In this document: positions 60,880 through 64,000 of the stretch, piece after piece
Layout of the letters: every line of letters starts with the position of its first letter
How positions within the stretch are numbered: position 1 is the stretch's first letter
Assembly: GCA_036172245.1 (NCBI GenBank)
Contig: JAYWIR010000015.1
Span: 3,968,001 to 4,032,000, forward strand
Direction: 5' to 3'
Source of the DNA: Raillietiella orientalis
Taxonomy: Eukaryota
DNA length: 64,000 nt
Position numbers and translations under genes: made by a program
Notes under the pieces: model-generated
Told to the model about the DNA's origin: nothing
Database searches by the model: none
Seen by the model: only the letters and a program-made list of their open reading frames with translations

Positions 60880-63150
60880 CTGGCTGCCGAGACCGAAGAC
60901 ACCAACAGACTGCGTGGGAATCCGCAAAACTCCTGGAGGATTCGCGGCGGTCTTTCTATCTCTTCGGCGTTTCGGTTTCCGCCCTTGGTCAGAATCTTGC
61001 GCGCTCTCCAAGTTTTCCGAATTCAAGAGCGCAGAGATCGCTAGGCAGAGCGGATCCGCACTTCCTTGCATCCTGCCTGCTTTGGCCTGCGAAGCAAGGA
61101 GGGCTGGAGAAGGATGCAGCAGCAGCAGCAGCATCTTCCTTTTCCCCTTCCTCCCTCTTGGAACCACGCAGAGCGCTCCTTTCTGGTGAACCCGGTCCTC
61201 GCAAAGGGCGCTGCTCCGAGAACCTGCCCTTCTTCGTCTCTCGACTTCCGACTGTGGCCCTCTTCCCCAGCCGAGGAGGGTCCTCTGGGTACGACGAACG
61301 AAGATGAAGGGGGAGGGAGAGAAGGGCTGGCTCGCATTCACAATTCGCGATCGCCATCGCCGAACGTCCGGGAAACTGCATCTGCTTCGCGATCTGGTCT
61401 CCTCGCCTGCCTTCTTGAGGAGGGGAGGAAGCCGCCAGCTGTCTCCTGATGGGTTGCCTCTCCTGATGGAGAGCCATCAGGCTCTCCATCAGGAGCGCTG
61501 AGGGGAGGCTTCCTGACCTGCATCACCTGGCGTTCCTCCTCGCGATGGAGAGCACCCCTCTGAACGCTCCTGTGTCCCACGCCACCCTCCTTGCAGAGAA
61601 TCTCTGGAGGGGAGTGAAGCGCTGCTGGTGGTCCTTTGGCTGTCCTTTCTCTTCCCCCCCTCACCTTCTCCCCTGTCTTCCCGCTGCGCCTCTCCAGCCT
61701 CCATCAGGGATGTTGCTGCAAACGCGCTGGCGGTCCAATGGCCATCAAGTCACGAAGAGCGTGCGCGTGTCGCTGCTGCTTCGGGGCGCCTCCCCATGGA
61801 CGCCGGTGGGCTGGAAGAACGTCCGTCCTGGGACGCGCGCCCGCCTGCTTCCGTGCTCCATCCGGAGTCCCGCAGTGATGTCGCGGCGGAGGCGTTCGCT
61901 GGACCTTCTCCAGAGGACGCGGTACTCCGTGCTTCCTACGAGATCCCGTCCTCCCGTGACAATCCCCATCCGGTAACTCTCTCTTCCGGTCTTTGATGCT
62001 CTGCTGTCCGGCGCGCCTTGATCATGTGTGGGCTCCCATTCCGGGATTGTGGTCGGGGGCGCTTCTCCAGAGTCCTCGCTCTAGAGCGTTTCACCAGTTC
62101 ACATAGAGGCGGTCATCTTCGCATATACTCGTGAGTCGGGAACTCTCTTCTCGGAAGGGGACGAGAGGAAGCACACCGGAAATGACCACCGGCACGCAGG
62201 TTGACTTTCAAGGAAGGAAGTCAGGAGAGGAAGACGGGAGGGCGGGGACAGGGGTCTCTGGCGTGAGCTGCTCCGTGACCAATTCTTAAAAGCAGGACGC
62301 CGAGTGCTGGCGGTCTCCGTGGAGACTTACTGCTTCAAGTGGGACCACCTCGCAGACGTCCTATAAGGGAGGCCGCCACGCTGGTGGTGGCTCCTTCCGC
62401 CGCGCCCAAGACTCCAGCACATGGAGCGGATGCAGCAGCGTCTAGGTAGGACCCTGCAGCCGCGTGTCCTCCGCTCCACTCGCGAAGGGATCGAGGAATA
62501 AGAAGAAAAAAAAAGGGATTCCCACTTGCGTAGACGTTCGTTTTTTCTGCTCAAGGCATTGCGCAAGGAGTGTATCCTGGGCGAGGAAGGACGCTGAGAC
62601 GGGATCGCTGCTACTTGAAAACTTCACCTACTCAGATGTTCATATCGCCCTCCTCACGCGAAGCATCCGAGGGTTTGGAGACGTTGCGTACAACAGTCGG
62701 TGCGGCTTCCGACATCCATTTTCACGGTGCTCGGTTGGTGTCTTCCACGCAGGCTGTCAGGGCACCTCAGGCACTATCCACCGAGGTTTCTCTGGATGTC
62801 TTGTGCTCCGAGCTCGTCCGGGATCCACAGTTTTTCCACGAATCGAGCGATCCGCCTCACCTCCTCCCCACGCGCTACATCCACCTGGACCTGCCCCTTT
62901 CTCTTTGACTCTTCCTCCGATCCCTTGGCTTCCTTTCCTTCCGGGAATACGTGCGTCTCCGGAAAATCCGAAAGAGGGTCTCTTCCAGAGTCGTGTGTTC
63001 GGGGAGTGACTCCAGACTCTCAGTGGCCTCTCCTTGCTTCTCAAAGCAAGAGGGGATGCCTCCAGCTCCGAAGAGGAGCTGGCGGCACCCCTTCCCGCCG
63101 CTGCTCATGGGAGCCACCACCCAGATCTTCTCGTTAGGAGCGTAGCATTT
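60880..63150 (+). pseudogene. CRE/Hero-like RLE non-LTR retrotransposon relic
   Basis: PTDCVG (RPIAVG), RFGF, SSQRALLREPALL (QQGDPLGP), RLPMDAGGLEER (LPxxxGGLGxR), SVSW...HIALLTR...RCG..HPFSRC (WL..IAxxLRLG..CxCG..H..C). Confidence 0.45.
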
Positions 63151-63499
63151 CCGCCTTTCCGTTCCCTCAACGGTTTGCTCCACCGTCTGTCAGACCTCTC
63201 ACCCGGAGCCGGCGGGGAGCTGCGTCTTGATGTGCTGCGGGAGGAGGAGGCATGTCCCGGCTGCCCCTCCTCCTTATTCGGGAAGAGCAGATAGGCAGCG
63301 AGACTCGGGAAGGAATTGCAAATGAAGCCAGAACTCCCATTGAGAAACAGCGGTGAAAGAAGAGGGTGGGGAGGAGGAGGAGGAAAACTCGTGCCAAAGT
63401 CCGCGGCGATAATTCAAATTTCCAGTGAGAGATAAAACGGGCAGGGATGCAAATCTTGCACGCCCGCAGATAAAGGGATGAGTTTTCCCGAAGAAACTT

Positions 63500-63900
63500 T
63501 CCCGTGAACCGAATCGTGGGATGCTGCGCAAGAGTCTGAATGGCGACAGTTTTGTTCGAACGGTAAGGGCGTGTTGAAGATGCAATAAAACGATTATTGG
63601 GATAACTTGTTGGTCGAGATGCCGCTGACATGAGCCGGCGTTCCCAAGGTCACATGGAGGCTTTTCCGATCCCGCTGGCTCCGTGAGGTGCATTTTCATG
63701 GGAGTCTCTGTCAGGCATCCCTGCTCATCAGATTGCTTATCGATTATGTAAATCTGTTTCCTGGATCTCCTGGTTCCTTTATATCTTTTTGCGCTGCTCC
63801 AATCCCCTTGGAACTCTGACTCTGTACGAAGAATAGCGGCAGCTATGGCAACCGTTATATTTTTCCTCGGTTCTGTCGCCCTCTTAGAGACTTGCATCGA
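63500..63900 (-). pseudogene. LTR-retrotransposon integrase core relic
   Basis: LRTESEFQG (SDxGxEF), HLTEPAGSE (HPxxNGxxE), HALTVRTKLSPFRLL (xxxxxTxxSPFxLL) within ORF 63274-63963. Confidence 0.35.
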
Positions 63901-64000
63901 AAATCCTGGTTCGTTTCCGAACAGGTGCCCGGTGCCGAGTTGCATCTTCGTGCCGCTCTGCAAGATCGGAGGTGCCGGAAAGTTCCGATCCCTACAGAAG

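Overview
Eukaryotic (probably invertebrate animal) transposon-dense region. No intact host gene, rRNA or CRISPR array was recognised. The first ~35 kb is a nest of at least 11 copies or fragments of one GC-rich L1/Tx1-like non-LTR retrotransposon group: ORF1 with CCHC knuckles, ORF2 with APE endonuclease, RT and CCHC finger. Copies are inserted into each other with readable target-site duplications, and one is split by a ~3.1 kb Utopia/NeSL-like RLE retrotransposon. Comparing copies by eye shows three shared signals: a non-poly(A) 3' terminus (AATAAA + CCCGG-N5-CCGGG hairpin + TGAAA), an upstream 3'-UTR CTGCGN hexaloop hairpin with compensatory stem changes, and a TAATG stop-start ORF1/ORF2 junction. 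A 131-bp TSD-flanked mini-element carries the same terminus. The rest is older, heavily decayed relics (hAT, Maverick/Polinton pPolB, MULE, KDZ, RNase H-bearing and CRE/Hero-like non-LTR elements, LTR integrase), a tRNA-Glu pseudogene, tandem tRNA-like units, and several perfect 14-16 bp fold-back palindromes that look like repair scars. All family calls come from manual motif reading without database searches. Relic boundaries are approximate.
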